This document shows, one piece after another, positions 10,982 to 22,210 of a DNA stretch of 64,000 nt. The position numbers were made by a program, and so were the translations under genes. The notes under the pieces are model-generated. The model ran no database searches. It was given only the letters and a program-made list of their open reading frames with translations, and was not told where the DNA came from. Each line of letters opens with the position of its first letter. Position 1 is the first letter of the stretch. This DNA is from an uncultured Methanomicrobiaceae archaeon (GTDB lineage Archaea; Halobacteriota; Methanomicrobia; Methanomicrobiales; Methanoculleaceae), in NCBI GenBank assembly GCA_963826525.1, contig CAWGXH010000004.1:256001-320000 (forward strand), read 5' to 3'.

Positions 10982-13264
10982 TTAGTTCCTGCGCAGGACC
11001 AGGACAGCAACAGCGCCGAGGCCAATCAGTGCAATCAGTGCGCCAAAGCCAGGGGTGGCAGTGGTCGGGGCTGCAGTGGTGGCGGCGGTCGTTGCGGCGG
11101 TGGTCGGAGCAGCGGTTTCATTGCCGGTCGGAGTGACGGTCGGGGTTGGTGCTCCACCTGAGACCACGTTGAAGGTCGTGGTCTGGGTTACACCGGTCTC
11201 GACACTCTCAACGTTGACGATGTACTCGTCAGGCTGGAAGGCGGAGGCGTCAACCTCGAAGGACCAGGTGTTGTAGGGCGTGCCCGCCAGGATGGTCACC
11301 GTGCCGGATGCACCGCTGAACTCAGATGCCTGAGTCTTCTCGGTCGGCTGGAAGGATGCGCTGGTCACGTCAACGAGCAGATCGTCGCCGGTTGCCAGGT
11401 TGGTGGTGCCGGAGACCGTGAAGGTGCTGCCGACGTTCTGGTCGCCGATGGTGTCGATCCTGATCCAGGGCTCTTCCACGAGGAAGGTCAGCTTGGTGTA
11501 GGTGTCGTCCACGTTCGGCGAGTTCAGTGCGTCAACGAGAGCAGTTGCAGCGTCGGATGCCTGCAGGTTTGCCAGGTTCACCGCAGTCATACCGGGTGCG
11601 ATGATGCTAGTCGATCCTGGTGCAGTGAGGGTGACGTCCTGCGTATTGTCCATCATCGGGTGCTGGACAACGACGAAGTACTGGCCGGATGCAAGGGTGC
11701 TGGTCGTACCGGATCGAGGCTGTACTCGAAGGAGCCGTCGGACTCAACGCTCTCGGGCTGTGAAAGGATCTGTTTGTTCTTGCCAAAGACCCAGACATAG
11801 ACATTGCTCGGGTTGCCTTCTGCAGTTCCGGAGATGGTCAGGTCTGTCACCCTTGGCAACGGAACTCGAGCTCGCGGTTGCCGTGATGAAGGGGGTCTTC
11901 AGGACGACGGGTACGGTGGAGTACTTTGCCTGGTCAAGGTCTGCCTTGCTTACGTCTTTAGAGGCAGCGTAAATGGTGTACGTGCCGGAGTCGAGCGTTC
12001 CATTGACGATAGCGCTAGTGTCCCACTTGTACTCCCACGTGTCGTCGGTTTCGACATCTGCGTGACCAAAGGTCGCGACGTCACCGGTAACCGTGTTGAA
12101 GTAGAGATCTTCAGGGTTCACGCCATTCCCGGTGGAACCGAGGTTCGGGCCGGTCAGGAACAGGTAGACATCATTACTGTCGGTGTTGGTACCGGTCAGG
12201 GTAATATCCTCACCAACATAGTAGACACCGGTGCCGGATGCGGTCGCGGTAACTGCACCTTTCTCGATAGTCACCTTGACATCGTCAGAGGTGGCGGCGT
12301 TGGCTGTGTCGACGGTTTTGATCGTGACAGTCTGAGCCTTGGTGGTGCCGTTGGTGGTGAACTCAAGCTTCGCGACACCCGATGCATCGGTTCGTACCGT
12401 TGCATTGTAGGCGTTATTCAGGGTCACAATGCTGGTCTGTCCGGCGGCGATCGTCGGAGCATTGGTGGTGTCGCCATTAATGTAGACGAAGTAGGTATGC
12501 TTGGACTCGCCGGTAACGGTCACAACGAAGCTGTTGCCGCGGATGACGCTGTCCTTGTTGGACTCGATAGCGAGGGTCTTGGAAGTGACCTCGAAGCTGA
12601 CGGTGCCGGAGTCAGGCAGGTTGCTGAAGTTGGTGCCGTCGGGCCACTTTGCCATGGCGGTGTAGGTACCGGCTTCAACATCGCTCAGGACCACGTTTTG
12701 CGAGTAGATCGGGGAACCAGTGATGGCGATTCCACTGAGAGTAGCAGTGCCGAACTGGGTGAGCTTCGCGCCGCCAGGGGTGGTGACCTCGATGTTCATC
12801 GTTGGCGCAGTGGCGTAGAGCCCACCAAGGTTGTCGGTGATCTTGAACGACAGGTTGGTAGCCCGGGTAACGGATTTGCCGTTCACGGAGCTGGTGTTAA
12901 AGTCGGTCAGAACAACGTCAAGACCCACAGTGGGATCCTTGACGACGACGAACACGTTGGGGACAATAAGGCCACCAGCGTTCCACGCGTAGTAGGTGCC
13001 GGTGATGCCACTGGCATCGCTCGTGGTCAGTTCAAAGTTATTCGCGGTCGTAACATCGATGATGTTATCGGCCGCACCCGCCGCAAAGTCGCTGTAGTGG
13101 ACCAGGCGAGTGATACCGGCAATGCCGGACAGATCGAGGCCTTTTTCGCCCACATAGACAGTGCTGCCAGGGGCGACAGCCCGTGCGGCTACAGGTGCAA
13201 CCAGCAGGGAGACTGCCATGAGGACAACGAAGGCGACGACCATCGTTTTTGTAATACTCTTCAT
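10982..13264 (-). CDS. Major S-layer/cell-surface glycoprotein with PGF-CTERM archaeosortase signal; frameshifts at ~11650-11860
   Basis: Signal peptide, many N-x-S/T sequons, VEEPWIRID..TFTVSGTTNL motif, Thr-rich linker, C-terminal TPGFGALIALIGLGAVAVLVLRRN. GGAGGT SD upstream and poly-T terminator downstream. Confidence 0.85.
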
Positions 13265-13296
13265 ACTGTACCTCCATTATGCTTATATGAGGGAAT

Positions 13297-13437
13297 GTGA
13301 ACACGGGGTATTCGACACATGTCGAATACGGGTTCACCACGCTCTATACTCCGAATAACGGAATATGTCACAATATTTGTGGAACACTTAATATATCCTT
13401 TGTGGTTGATCAGAGCCGTTCACATGGTGAACGGCTC
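13297..13437 (-). promoter_or_regulatory. S-layer gene promoter/leader with TATA box and two perfect inverted repeats
   Basis: TATA-like ATATATTAAG at ~13387-13396 (minus). GTATTCGACA-ca-TGTCGAATAC at 13308-13329. GAGCCGTTCAC-atg-GTGAACGGCTC at 13413-13437. Confidence 0.6.
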
Positions 13438-13733
13438 CATGGTGCGCGGAATTGCTGGAAATACGCCCGGATATCGCCCCGTTCCCCTATGACCCGGAAT
13501 AATATCAGCACATGAATAAAAATGTCTCGACTCCAAACAACCATTCCGAGGAATTTTCGGTGCATTCACCGCCATCATCCTCGGTTCATCGGAAATTCCT
13601 GCGTCACCACCCGCACGCAACCGGGCGCCTCTCCCGGGGGTGCGTTGCCGAAAGTTTCCATCCGGGCGCCAAACCCCCGTCACCCCAGGTCAAATCCATG
13701 TATATTTACATTCATCTCTCCCACCAGAGTTGT

Positions 13734-14460
13734 ATGAAGATCATCCGTGCACCGACCATTGCCCGTGCACACGAGCTCGCCGTGAAGATGGTGCTTGAGA
13801 AGGGATGGGCACTCGATACAGAGGACGCCGAGGCGACGATCGAGTACGAGGGGCTGGCACTCGATATCGAAAACCCTTTCAGCGAACCGATGGCCAGCCC
13901 CTGCTCCCGGTTCCAGCGGCGGTTCCTCGAGACCTACGCCGACAACCTGCTGAACGGCTCTCCGGCCGAGTTCGAGTACCGACTACCACCACCGGCTCTT
14001 CGACTGGGGCGAGCGCCTGAATATCGGCGGGGCGGACGTACATGTCGATCAGATCGACTACATCGTCCGGAAGCTGAAGGCATCTCCCGAGAGCCGCCGT
14101 GCCGTCGCCGTCACCTGGAACCCCGTCGTCGATGAAAATCTGGACGACTGCCCCTGTCTCCAGCTCGTGCAGTGCCTTCTCCGCGACGGCAAACTCCAGA
14201 TGAAGGTGGTCTTCCGGAGCAACGACATGCTCAGTGCGGCCGGCGCAAATATGTATGCACTCGTCCATCTCCAAAAAAGGATCGCCGACGAGATCGGTGC
14301 CACATGCGGCCGCTATACCCACATCGCGCTCGTACCCCACGTGTACTACAGGCGGGATCTCAACGATATCACCCCGTTCTGTAAAAAAGGCGCAGAGGTA
14401 CAGCCGGTTCCCGAGGTCTGTGCAGCCTGCGGGCAGTGCGATCGGGCACCCCTCGGGTGA
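13734..14460 (+). CDS. thyA: Thymidylate synthase (archaeal ThyA); frameshift at ~13980
   Basis: FEYDYHHRL, SRRAVAVTW, DCPCLQLVQ, VFRSND, GANMYAL and YTH motifs. Confidence 0.85.
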
Positions 14461-14512
14461 ACTCCTTCCGTCACCTTAATTAGCAACCAGAATCAACATT
14501 ATAGAGCACGAT

Positions 14513-14585
14513 AGCCCGGTAGTGTAGCGGTCAATCATGTGAGACTCTGGATCTTGCGACAGCAGTTCGAATCTGCTCCGGGCTA
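14513..14585 (+). tRNA. tRNA-Gln(CTG)
   Basis: Acceptor stem AGCCCGG/CCGGGCT with A1-U72, anticodon arm TGAGA-CT-CTG-GA-TCTTG, T arm AGCAG-TTCGAAT-CTGCT. Confidence 0.95.
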
Positions 14586-14671
14586 CTATCTTTTTGTAAC
14601 TCTTCTCAGGCACGGTAGTCTCTCCGCGGCCGATCACTACTATCAAGACGCCGGAAGTGCCACCGCTCTGT

Positions 14672-15515
14672 ATGCATCGACGATACCGTATCGGCTGCGG
14701 CGTCCGGTCTGACGATATGACAGCATTTCACGCACTCGCGGATCTGCACGACCGGGGACGGATCGATCATATCCAGATTCAGATCATTCCGGAGCCAGCG
14801 GGAGTCTTTCAAAGACGTTTGGACGAACTCGGCGCTGCCGGAGTTCCGATCGTGATCCATGCCCCGCATTACGGTGAAGGGGTGAACCCGGCCGATCCCG
14901 CCCTCTGCGAGGGTTTCGACCCGCAGACAGCCGCGCGGCACGTTGAAGACGCGATGGATCTGACACTCTGTGCCGCGGACCTTCTCGGCTCTGAGAGTAT
15001 CGTCGTTCACGCCGGCAGGTATGAGAACGGAAAGCGGGAGGCAGCTGTCGAAAGTTTCCGGGAGTTCGCCCGGGAATATGCCGACCCGAGGATGGTCCTC
15101 GAGAACCTGCCTGCCGTCTACGCCGGGCACGCCCTCCTTGGGGCTACCGCTGATGAACTCGCAGGCCTCGCAGGCGATCGCATCCGCGGGTTCTGCCTCG
15201 ACTTCGCACACCTCTACTGTACGGCGAATTACAGAAACCTCTCCTATACGGATGAACTGAACCTTTTCGAGCATCTGAACGTGCGCCACCAGCACCTCTC
15301 CAATAACCTCCGCGGGTCCGTCACCGATCAGCACCTCGAGCCTCGACCACCCCGACGGCGGGCTCGATCTTCCGGTCGTCTTCGACCGGATCGCACGGCA
15401 TCCGGAGGTAGAGACAACCCTTGAGTACAAACGTGACACCTGCGAGGTCTACCTGCGGCAGCTCGAGGTCTTCGACCGGCTCTACCACCGCTACGGCGGG
15501 GTCAGCCGCACCTGA
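14672..15515 (+). CDS. Xylose-isomerase-like/AP endonuclease 2 TIM-barrel protein; frameshift at ~15340
   Basis: VIHAPH, IVVHAG, VLENLP, FCLDFAH, QHLS..DQHL and TLE metal-ligand pattern. Confidence 0.7.
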
Positions 15516-15587
15516 ACCGGGGAAACCACCGGGGAGTGAAATCCACCGCACGGCCGGGAAGGGAGGGGTTCACCGGATGGATGCCCC

Positions 15588-16319
15588 TCACGCGAGAAAT
15601 GCTGCAATGACCCCGCTTAAGAATATCCCGTCGAACGTACCGGCACCGCCGATACTGGCCATAGGTGCTCCAAGCTCACCGATACGCCTGAGGTTGAGCA
15701 GATCCGCCCCGATAAGGGTGCCTATGGTGCCGCTGACATAGGCGATGGTCACCGGCGCCGTCTCAAACCCGCCTGCAAAGAGCGAGAGGACAAGAGCAGA
15801 GAAGAGTGCTGCCAGGGGCGGAATGAAGAACGGCGTGGCGATGCCGAGCCCCGGCACCGGCCGGGCCACAGACTTTGTGACGAGGGTCACGGCGAGCACG
15901 CCCACGAGCGCCAGAGCTACGATACCAAAACCACCCGTTGTCACAACCGAGTTGTAAAGCAGGTATACCGAGATGATGACCGGGATCAGGGCGCCGCCCA
16001 CGTTCACGGCGATGGTTGTCCTCGACGACACGGTCGGAATGCGGTAGAGCCTGCCGTAGGTCGATACATACACGTTTGCGGCAGGACTACCGGCGTTCTC
16101 GACGGTCTTCACCGGGATATTGATGAAACTGCCGACCAGAGTGAGAACGAGGATCAGGAGCGCCTCTCTCCAGGAGAAACCGAGCTTTGCGAAGGTCGCC
16201 CCGACCACCGTCAGGAAGAGGACGGGCAGCAGCAGAATAACAAGTCCAAAGAGGAGGATGGTGCCGATCAGCATGATCAGCATCAGGGGCGAGAACGGAT
16301 TGAAGACGACTCGGTCCAT
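15588..16319 (-). CDS. DUF1614 family membrane protein
   Basis: GSFINIP, AVNVGGALIP, RPVPGLGI, GTLIGADLLNL and SIGGAGTFDGIFLSG motifs. Confidence 0.85.
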   Translation of the reverse strand: MDRVVFNPFSPLMLIMLIGTILLFGLVILLLPVLFLTVVGATFAKLGFSWREALLILVLTLVGSFINIPVKTVENAGSPAANVYVSTYGRLYRIPTVSSRTTIAVNVGGALIPVIISVYLLYNSVVTTGGFGIVALALVGVLAVTLVTKSVARPVPGLGIATPFFIPPLAALFSALVLSLFAGGFETAPVTIAYVSGTIGTLIGADLLNLRRIGELGAPMASIGGAGTFDGIFLSGVIAAFLA

Positions 16320-16340
16320 GAAAATGTGATGGCAGGGCTA

Positions 16341-16958
16341 TTATATCATAGCTCCGGCCGACCGGTCGCGGCAGACGATCGCTGCGTGGTCGATGTGGTA
16401 GGGATCGAGCCAGCGGACCTCGACGATCTCGAGGCGCCGCTCGAGTTCGGCCAGAGTATCGGCAAGGACCTCTTTCGGATCCCGCCTGACATCCACGCTC
16501 CGCGTCTTGAGCATCAGGATCAGCCATCCGCCCGGCCGGAGGAAGGGCAGGTTTCTCTCCGCAATGTTCACCTGATCCGGCTGCGCCACATCCTGGTAGA
16601 TCAGGTCGACGGCCTCCACAAAGGGAGCGTACTCCTCCGGCCGGGACGCATCGGCCATGATCGGAACGACGTTCTTCCGCCGCCGGGCGACCTCGAGGAG
16701 ATCCTGCATCGGACGGGGGGCAAACTCGATTGCATAGACGGTATCGACGTAGTCGGCGACGTGGGATACGGTCGTGCCGTTGGCAGCACCGAGGTACAGC
16801 ACCCGCATGCTCTTCTGGAGTTCGACCCCCTCGCCGAGGATATAGAGAGCCGCAAGCTTGCTCCGGTAGGGGTCCCACACCCGGTAGCCCTCGAGCATCC
16901 GCTCGTTGTAAACGCCCCCTTCTCCGGGGGATACCAGAACATTCTGTATCCGGATCAT
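16341..16958 (-). CDS. flpA: Fibrillarin-like rRNA/tRNA 2'-O-methyltransferase
   Basis: YRVWDPYRSKLAA, VLYLGAANGTTVSHVAD and YQDVAQPDQ motifs. Confidence 0.95.
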   Translation of the reverse strand: MIRIQNVLVSPGEGGVYNERMLEGYRVWDPYRSKLAALYILGEGVELQKSMRVLYLGAANGTTVSHVADYVDTVYAIEFAPRPMQDLLEVARRRKNVVPIMADASRPEEYAPFVEAVDLIYQDVAQPDQVNIAERNLPFLRPGGWLILMLKTRSVDVRRDPKEVLADTLAELERRLEIVEVRWLDPYHIDHAAIVCRDRSAGAMI

Positions 16959-17821
16959 GCCGTCTTCCCCGCTTCGTCGATACGTGCCTGCGCCTCGGTA
17001 ATGAAACCGGGGTCAAGGGCACCCCGGTAATAATCGATCCGCGCCGCGATCCCGAGTTTTCCGGCAAGCACCCTCGCAACCCGTCCCCGAACCTCTTTCG
17101 GGGCGTTGTGTACACGCCGGTGCTGGAAAATGATCCCGTGCTTCGGCGGCGGAGATCCGGATCGGAGGTGTGAGAAGAGGGCGCGTTCGGAACCGATCAC
17201 CTGGATGGTGCTCCCCGGCATCCTGGCGAGTGCCTCAAGCCCCCCCGCCCGCGATGCCAGACGTGCCGCCACCAGCCCGCCGATAAGCGCACTGCAGTTC
17301 GGAAGCACCTCGTCCGCCCGGTCGGAGACCTCGTGCATGAGCGAACTCCGAAGACCTGCGAGACGTTCGATCTCGTCCGCCACCCGCCGGAGCCCCCCGC
17401 CGGAACCCTTCCGGATCACCCCGAGCATCTTCCGGGCGGAGAGCGAGCGGTACTTCCGCGAGAAGGACGGACTTCCCGTCTGATACCACTCCGCCGCCCG
17501 CTCCTGCAGGAGGTTGATGACGGTGTCGAGTTCGTCGAGCATCCGGACCATCTGCAGCAGCTCGACGTCGCGCTCCTGGTAGGCTACGGCAATCTTCTGC
17601 CGGGCCTGCATAGTGCAGACCTCACGGAGAAGGCTGATGTATTCGTTCCGGTCCCGGACAAGGCCGCAGTCCCGCGCCGTCCGCCAGTCGAGCGGGGTGA
17701 ACGAATCCATACTAGTATGAAGCGAACCCGCCCGTTCTACGAGCGCTTCCGGGTTCCTGCCCGCGATCCGACAGCCCTCTTCACTCACATCTCCGAACCA
17801 GTAGCGCTCCATCGTACTCAT
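16955..17821 (-). CDS. nop5: Nop5/Nop56 box C/D sRNP protein
   Basis: PNCSALIGGLVAARL, MPGSTIQVIGSERALF, PPKHGIIFQH and ARIDY motifs. Overlaps the flpA start. Confidence 0.9.
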   Translation of the reverse strand: MSTMERYWFGDVSEEGCRIAGRNPEALVERAGSLHTSMDSFTPLDWRTARDCGLVRDRNEYISLLREVCTMQARQKIAVAYQERDVELLQMVRMLDELDTVINLLQERAAEWYQTGSPSFSRKYRSLSARKMLGVIRKGSGGGLRRVADEIERLAGLRSSLMHEVSDRADEVLPNCSALIGGLVAARLASRAGGLEALARMPGSTIQVIGSERALFSHLRSGSPPPKHGIIFQHRRVHNAPKEVRGRVARVLAGKLGIAARIDYYRGALDPGFITEAQARIDEAGKTA

Positions 17822-18065
17822 AGTGGGAAGTGAGACAATATAAGTGTAAAAGCCCCCGGGTCCGGTGATCCGCCGTGAGCGTCGGAACCCCTGCCGGCGG
17901 GCATACACGAGAAGAGCGAAGACCGATACGTTCTTCAGAGAATCAAACACAGGTCGTTTTCCGACAGATCGCCATTCCGGCAGGCATTCCTGCCCGTGGA
18001 GAGGCGAGGCGACGAGCGATGAAAGGGATCTGCATCACCGGTGCCGTGACGAGGCGGGAGAGGGT

Positions 18066-18992
18066 ATGCCTGCCGCCGTAGCCTCAGCCTTCGGATTCAT
18101 CATCGGGATTCTCCTGCTCGTCAAGGGCGCTGACCTCTTCGTCGGCGGCGGAAGCGGTCTTGCAGCACGCTACCGGATCTCCCCGACCCTGATCGGCTTC
18201 ACCGTCATCGCCTTCGGCACGTCATTCCCGGAGTTCGTGGTGAATCTGGAGGCGGCCGTTGCCGATGCACCCGATCTCGCCCTTGGCAACATCCTCGGGA
18301 GCACCATCGCAAACATCGCCCTCGTCCTTTCCCTCTGCGCTATCGTCAATCCGGCAGTCATCCGGCAGGAGCCGGGCGTCCGGGGCATCAACGAAGTGCT
18401 CCTCATGCTCGGGGCGGTCGCCCTCTTCGCGCTGCTCGCCGTCAGGATGGTCTTTGACCTGCCTGCAGGGCTCGTCATGCTCGGAGCGTTCGCCCTGATC
18501 ATGTGGGTTCTCTGGAGGCAGGGGGTGGCGACGGAGGCGACCTTCGAGAGTCACGGAAGCAGGGATTACCTGCTCACCGGCGGGGGCCTGCTCAGCGTCA
18601 TCATCGGGGCGAACCTTATCGTCACGACGGCAACGGATATCGCGCTCGTACTCGGCATCAGCCCATTCGTCATCGGCGTCTCCATGGTCGCGGTCGGCAC
18701 ATCGCTCCCGGAGCTCGCCACCTCGCTCACGGCAGTCATCCAGGGAGAAGGAGGGATCTCGGTCGGCAACATCGTCGGCAGCAACATCTTCAACCTGCTC
18801 TTCGTCATGGGGTCTGCCGCCGTCATCCGGGCAATCCCGATCGGCTCCTACACCGACATCATCGCCATGGCTCTGTTTGCCGTCGCCATCCTGCCGTTCT
18901 TCGTGGAGAGCGACCGGACACGGCGCCGGTGGGGTTTTGTCATGCTCGCGGCGTATGCCGGGTACATGTACTCACTCTTCATGCCCGTCTGA
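18066..18992 (+). CDS. Ca2+/Na+ (K+) antiporter, CaCA/YrbG family
   Basis: Two alpha repeats GTSFPE/GTSLPE with GNILGS/GNIVGSN. Multiple TM helices. Confidence 0.9.
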   Translation: MPAAVASAFGFIIGILLLVKGADLFVGGGSGLAARYRISPTLIGFTVIAFGTSFPEFVVNLEAAVADAPDLALGNILGSTIANIALVLSLCAIVNPAVIRQEPGVRGINEVLLMLGAVALFALLAVRMVFDLPAGLVMLGAFALIMWVLWRQGVATEATFESHGSRDYLLTGGGLLSVIIGANLIVTTATDIALVLGISPFVIGVSMVAVGTSLPELATSLTAVIQGEGGISVGNIVGSNIFNLLFVMGSAAVIRAIPIGSYTDIIAMALFAVAILPFFVESDRTRRRWGFVMLAAYAGYMYSLFMPV

Positions 18993-18994
18993 TA

Positions 18995-20210
18995 TCATGG
19001 GACGGCGATGCCGAACGAGTAGAGCATGACCGGGAGCATGATCGCCCCCATGCAGTAGACTCTTCTCACGTTGACCATCTGGGGCACAAGGCCGACCGCC
19101 GTCGCCAGGAGAAGCACCAGTCCGCCGAAGGGGCCGGCGAGGAGGAGCGCAAGCAGGACCACAAAGCCGATGACGGCGTAGTTGAGGACGGTGATGTTGA
19201 CGCTGCCGAGCCGTGTGGCGGACGACGCAAGCAGAATGGTCAGCAGGTAGGCAGCAGAATCCCGCCAGCACGCCGGCGAGGAGAAGAGCGGTCGGGGGCG
19301 GGAGGTCGCCTGCCGAGAGCGCCACCATCACGCCGTTCCGGGTGCGGGAGAGGGCGTAGAGTGCTGCGAGGCCGAGAAAGGCGTTCACCGTATTGGCGGC
19401 ACCGGTCGCCAGAATATACTCGCGCGGGCGGGAGTCGTAGCCGACCAGCGTCGTGAGCAGGGCGTTCGCCGTCGCATTCGAGAGTCCCGGCATCCATCCG
19501 ACCATCGCTCCTGCGACGGCTCCGAGCACCGAACCCTTCCCGACCTCGAGATCGGCGGTGTCAAGACCCCGGAACTGCTGGAGGGGCATAATCCCGCGTG
19601 ACGCCGTGAGGAGAACCGATATGCCGAAGAGCCCGGCGAGAAGCGGCATAAGAACCGCCGAGTCCCCGACGGTATGCCAGGCAAGGTAGGAGAAGCGGAA
19701 CGTGAAGAGGCCGAGCAGACCCGAGACACCAAAGACGGCCGCTGCCCACGCCGGGGACTCCGAGATGACGATCAAAAACCCCGCGACGGCAAGGATGAGA
19801 AGGCCTATTCCCCAGTCGATGAGGGGCTGGGCTGCGGGAAGGACGACGAAACAGAACACGGCTATCGGGAGGGCGAGCACGACCCCGGCGGCACTCCCGA
19901 GGGCGGAGATTCTGACCGCCTCCTCGCCCCTTCCTTCAAGGCAGAGGGCATGGGCGGGAAGGACGGCGAGCGCGGTGTCGGCATCGGGTATCCCGAGGAA
20001 GGTGCTCGGAATGATGTCGAGGAACGTATGGGTGACGAGCGCAGCGAACATGGCAGCCGCAAGGGCGACCGGATCGAGGAAGAGAAGAAGGACTGCCTGG
20101 AGAGAGAGGAGAAGGCCGGCCATGGTATTGGCGTGGATGCCGGGGATGAGTCCGCTCACCGTCCCGAGTGCGATCCCGATGCCGGTACCGATGAGAATGC
20201 TGACGAGCAT
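18995..20210 (-). CDS. Tripartite tricarboxylate transporter TctA-like permease (DUF112); frameshift at ~19260
   Basis: GLIPGIHANT, HTFLDIIPSTFLGIPD and VLPAH motifs. The C-terminus reads through in an alternative frame to VMLYSFGIAVP*. Confidence 0.8.
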
Positions 20211-20321
20211 CACTATTCCTTAATCCTCGATCCCGTGGCATAAACCAATCGAAACGGTACCGCGAATGCCGGATGCACACGATCAATACAGTCATATTCC
20301 TTCGGAGCGAACGATTGGGCG

Positions 20322-21005
20322 ATGAAGCTAGCGATCACCCGGCTCGAGAATAAAGCGGCAGACGATCAGGCAACCTGTGCCCGTTTCGGGCACGAATGCT
20401 ACACGGTCTCTCCCTTAAAGGCGGTGATCCTGGAGGATCGGATCGCAGCGTTTGCCGATGCCGTCAACCGCGAGGCGTTCGATTGCCTCTTCTTTACGAG
20501 CGCACTCCCTGCCGTGCTCATCGCCCCGAAGATCGAACGGTATCCCCGGGTGATCGCTATCGGCCCGAAGACCGCCGAGACACTGCACGACCACGGCATC
20601 GACGCCGAGACGCTCCCCGCATACTATTCCCGGGAGTTCGTGCCGTATCTCGGGGAATGGCTCAAAGGCCGCAGCGTGGGCATTCCCCGTGCGGACGTGC
20701 CGAACCCCGTGCTCATCGAGGGGATCCGGGCAGCGGGGGGAGAGCCAGAGGAGGTTCCCATATACGGGCTCGAGCCGACCGGCCGGGAGTTCGCCCTCGA
20801 GGATGCGGACGCACTCATCTTCACGAGCGCCATGTCGTTTCGGGAAGCACGCTGGAGACCGCACCCGGGTCTCCTCCTCGTGGCGATAGGCGATATCACC
20901 GCAGACGCGATGCGCGACGGCGGGCATCCGCCGGACGTCACCGGCAACGGGACGCTCACAGGGACGCTCGAAGCGCTGAACAACCATTTATCCATACGAG
21001 CATGA
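20322..21005 (+). CDS. hemD: Uroporphyrinogen-III synthase
   Basis: AITR, FFTSA, IAIGPKTA, PRADVPN, IFTSAMS and VAIGDITA motifs. Confidence 0.85.
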   Translation: MKLAITRLENKAADDQATCARFGHECYTVSPLKAVILEDRIAAFADAVNREAFDCLFFTSALPAVLIAPKIERYPRVIAIGPKTAETLHDHGIDAETLPAYYSREFVPYLGEWLKGRSVGIPRADVPNPVLIEGIRAAGGEPEEVPIYGLEPTGREFALEDADALIFTSAMSFREARWRPHPGLLLVAIGDITADAMRDGGHPPDVTGNGTLTGTLEALNNHLSIRA

Positions 21006-21947
21006 CAAACTCTGAACAGACTATGCCTGAAAAGGCATGCATCACCCGGCTCCCGGGCTCGACCGGCGCCGGGATCATCGTCATCGATAAACCGCGGGGG
21101 CCGACCAGCCACCAGGTCACAGCCTGGGTCGGGGAGATCCTGGGTGCCCGGGTCGGCCACTCCGGGACGCTCGACCCGCAGGTCTCCGGCGTCCTTGCCA
21201 TCATGGTCGGGGATGCCGTGCGGCTGGCCCAGCACCTCCTCCAGCACGGCAAGGAGTACGTCTGCCTGATGCGGCTGCACGGCGACGTCTCCCGGGAGGA
21301 TATCGACCGGGTGGCGAAGGAGTTTACCGGCCGGGTCTACCAGCGTCCTCCCCGGAGAAGCGCCGTCAAGCGGAATCTCCGGATCCGGAAGATCCACGCA
21401 GCTTACGATCCTCGATGTCGAAGGGAGGCTCGTCCTCTTCCGGGTGCGCTGCGATGCCGGGACGTATATCCGCACGCTCTGTGTCCATATGGGGCTTGCG
21501 CTCGGCGTGTGCGGTCACATGCAGGAACTCCGGAGAACCCGCTCCGGGCAGTTCTCCGAGGAGTCCGCCCATACGCTCCACGACCTGCAGGATGCGTGCG
21601 TTCTGGCAGATGCGGGGGATACCGAACCGCTCCGGCAGATGATCCTGCCGGTGGAAGAGGCGGTGACCGATCTGCCGCGCGTGGTCATCCGCGACACCGC
21701 CGTCGACGCCGTCTGCAGGGGAGCGGTGCTTGCGGGCGTCGGTGTCCGGAGCCTCACCGGCTTTGGGAAGGGGGATACGGTCACGATCCTGACGGAGAGG
21801 GGCGAACTCGTCGCTCTTGGCACGGCGCTTGAGAGCTCGACGAAGATCAAGCCCGGGACACCGGGACTCGTTGTAGCGCCGCATACCGTCATGATGAAGC
21901 CGGGTACGTATCCGCGTGGCTGGAAGAAAGCCGCCCGAAAAGCGTGA
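21002..21947 (+). CDS. truB: H/ACA pseudouridine synthase Cbf5/TruB; frameshift at ~21400
   Basis: DKPRGPTSHQV, GHSGTLDP, KEYVC, YQRPP, CDAGTYIR and ELRRTRSG motifs plus PUA domain. Confidence 0.92.
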
Positions 21948-22010
21948 GGGGCGGCACGATCGAAAGGATACCATTAATTAACGCAACATCAAAATTATGA
22001 TGCACACTGT

Positions 22011-22097
22011 GCTGAGGTAGTCTAGACCGGTAGGGCGCGGGCCTGGAAAGCCCGTGGGGCGTTGAGCCCCTCGGGAGTTCAAATCTCCCCCTCAGCG
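22011..22097 (+). tRNA. tRNA-Ser(GGA)
   Basis: Acceptor GCTGAGG/CCTCAGC, anticodon arm CGGGC-CT-GGA-AA-GCCCG, long variable arm GGGGC..GCCCC, T arm GGGAG-TTCAAAT-CTCCC, discriminator G. Confidence 0.95.
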
Positions 22098-22210
22098 TTT
22101 CAGTGCTTTTCTCGAAGTTCTCATGCAGGAGAGGCCTATCTCCGCAAGGATGCTTTTCGGCGTATCTGTTTTCGTATCGTTCACGGCCGTCCCCGGAGAG
22201 CCGACTCATA

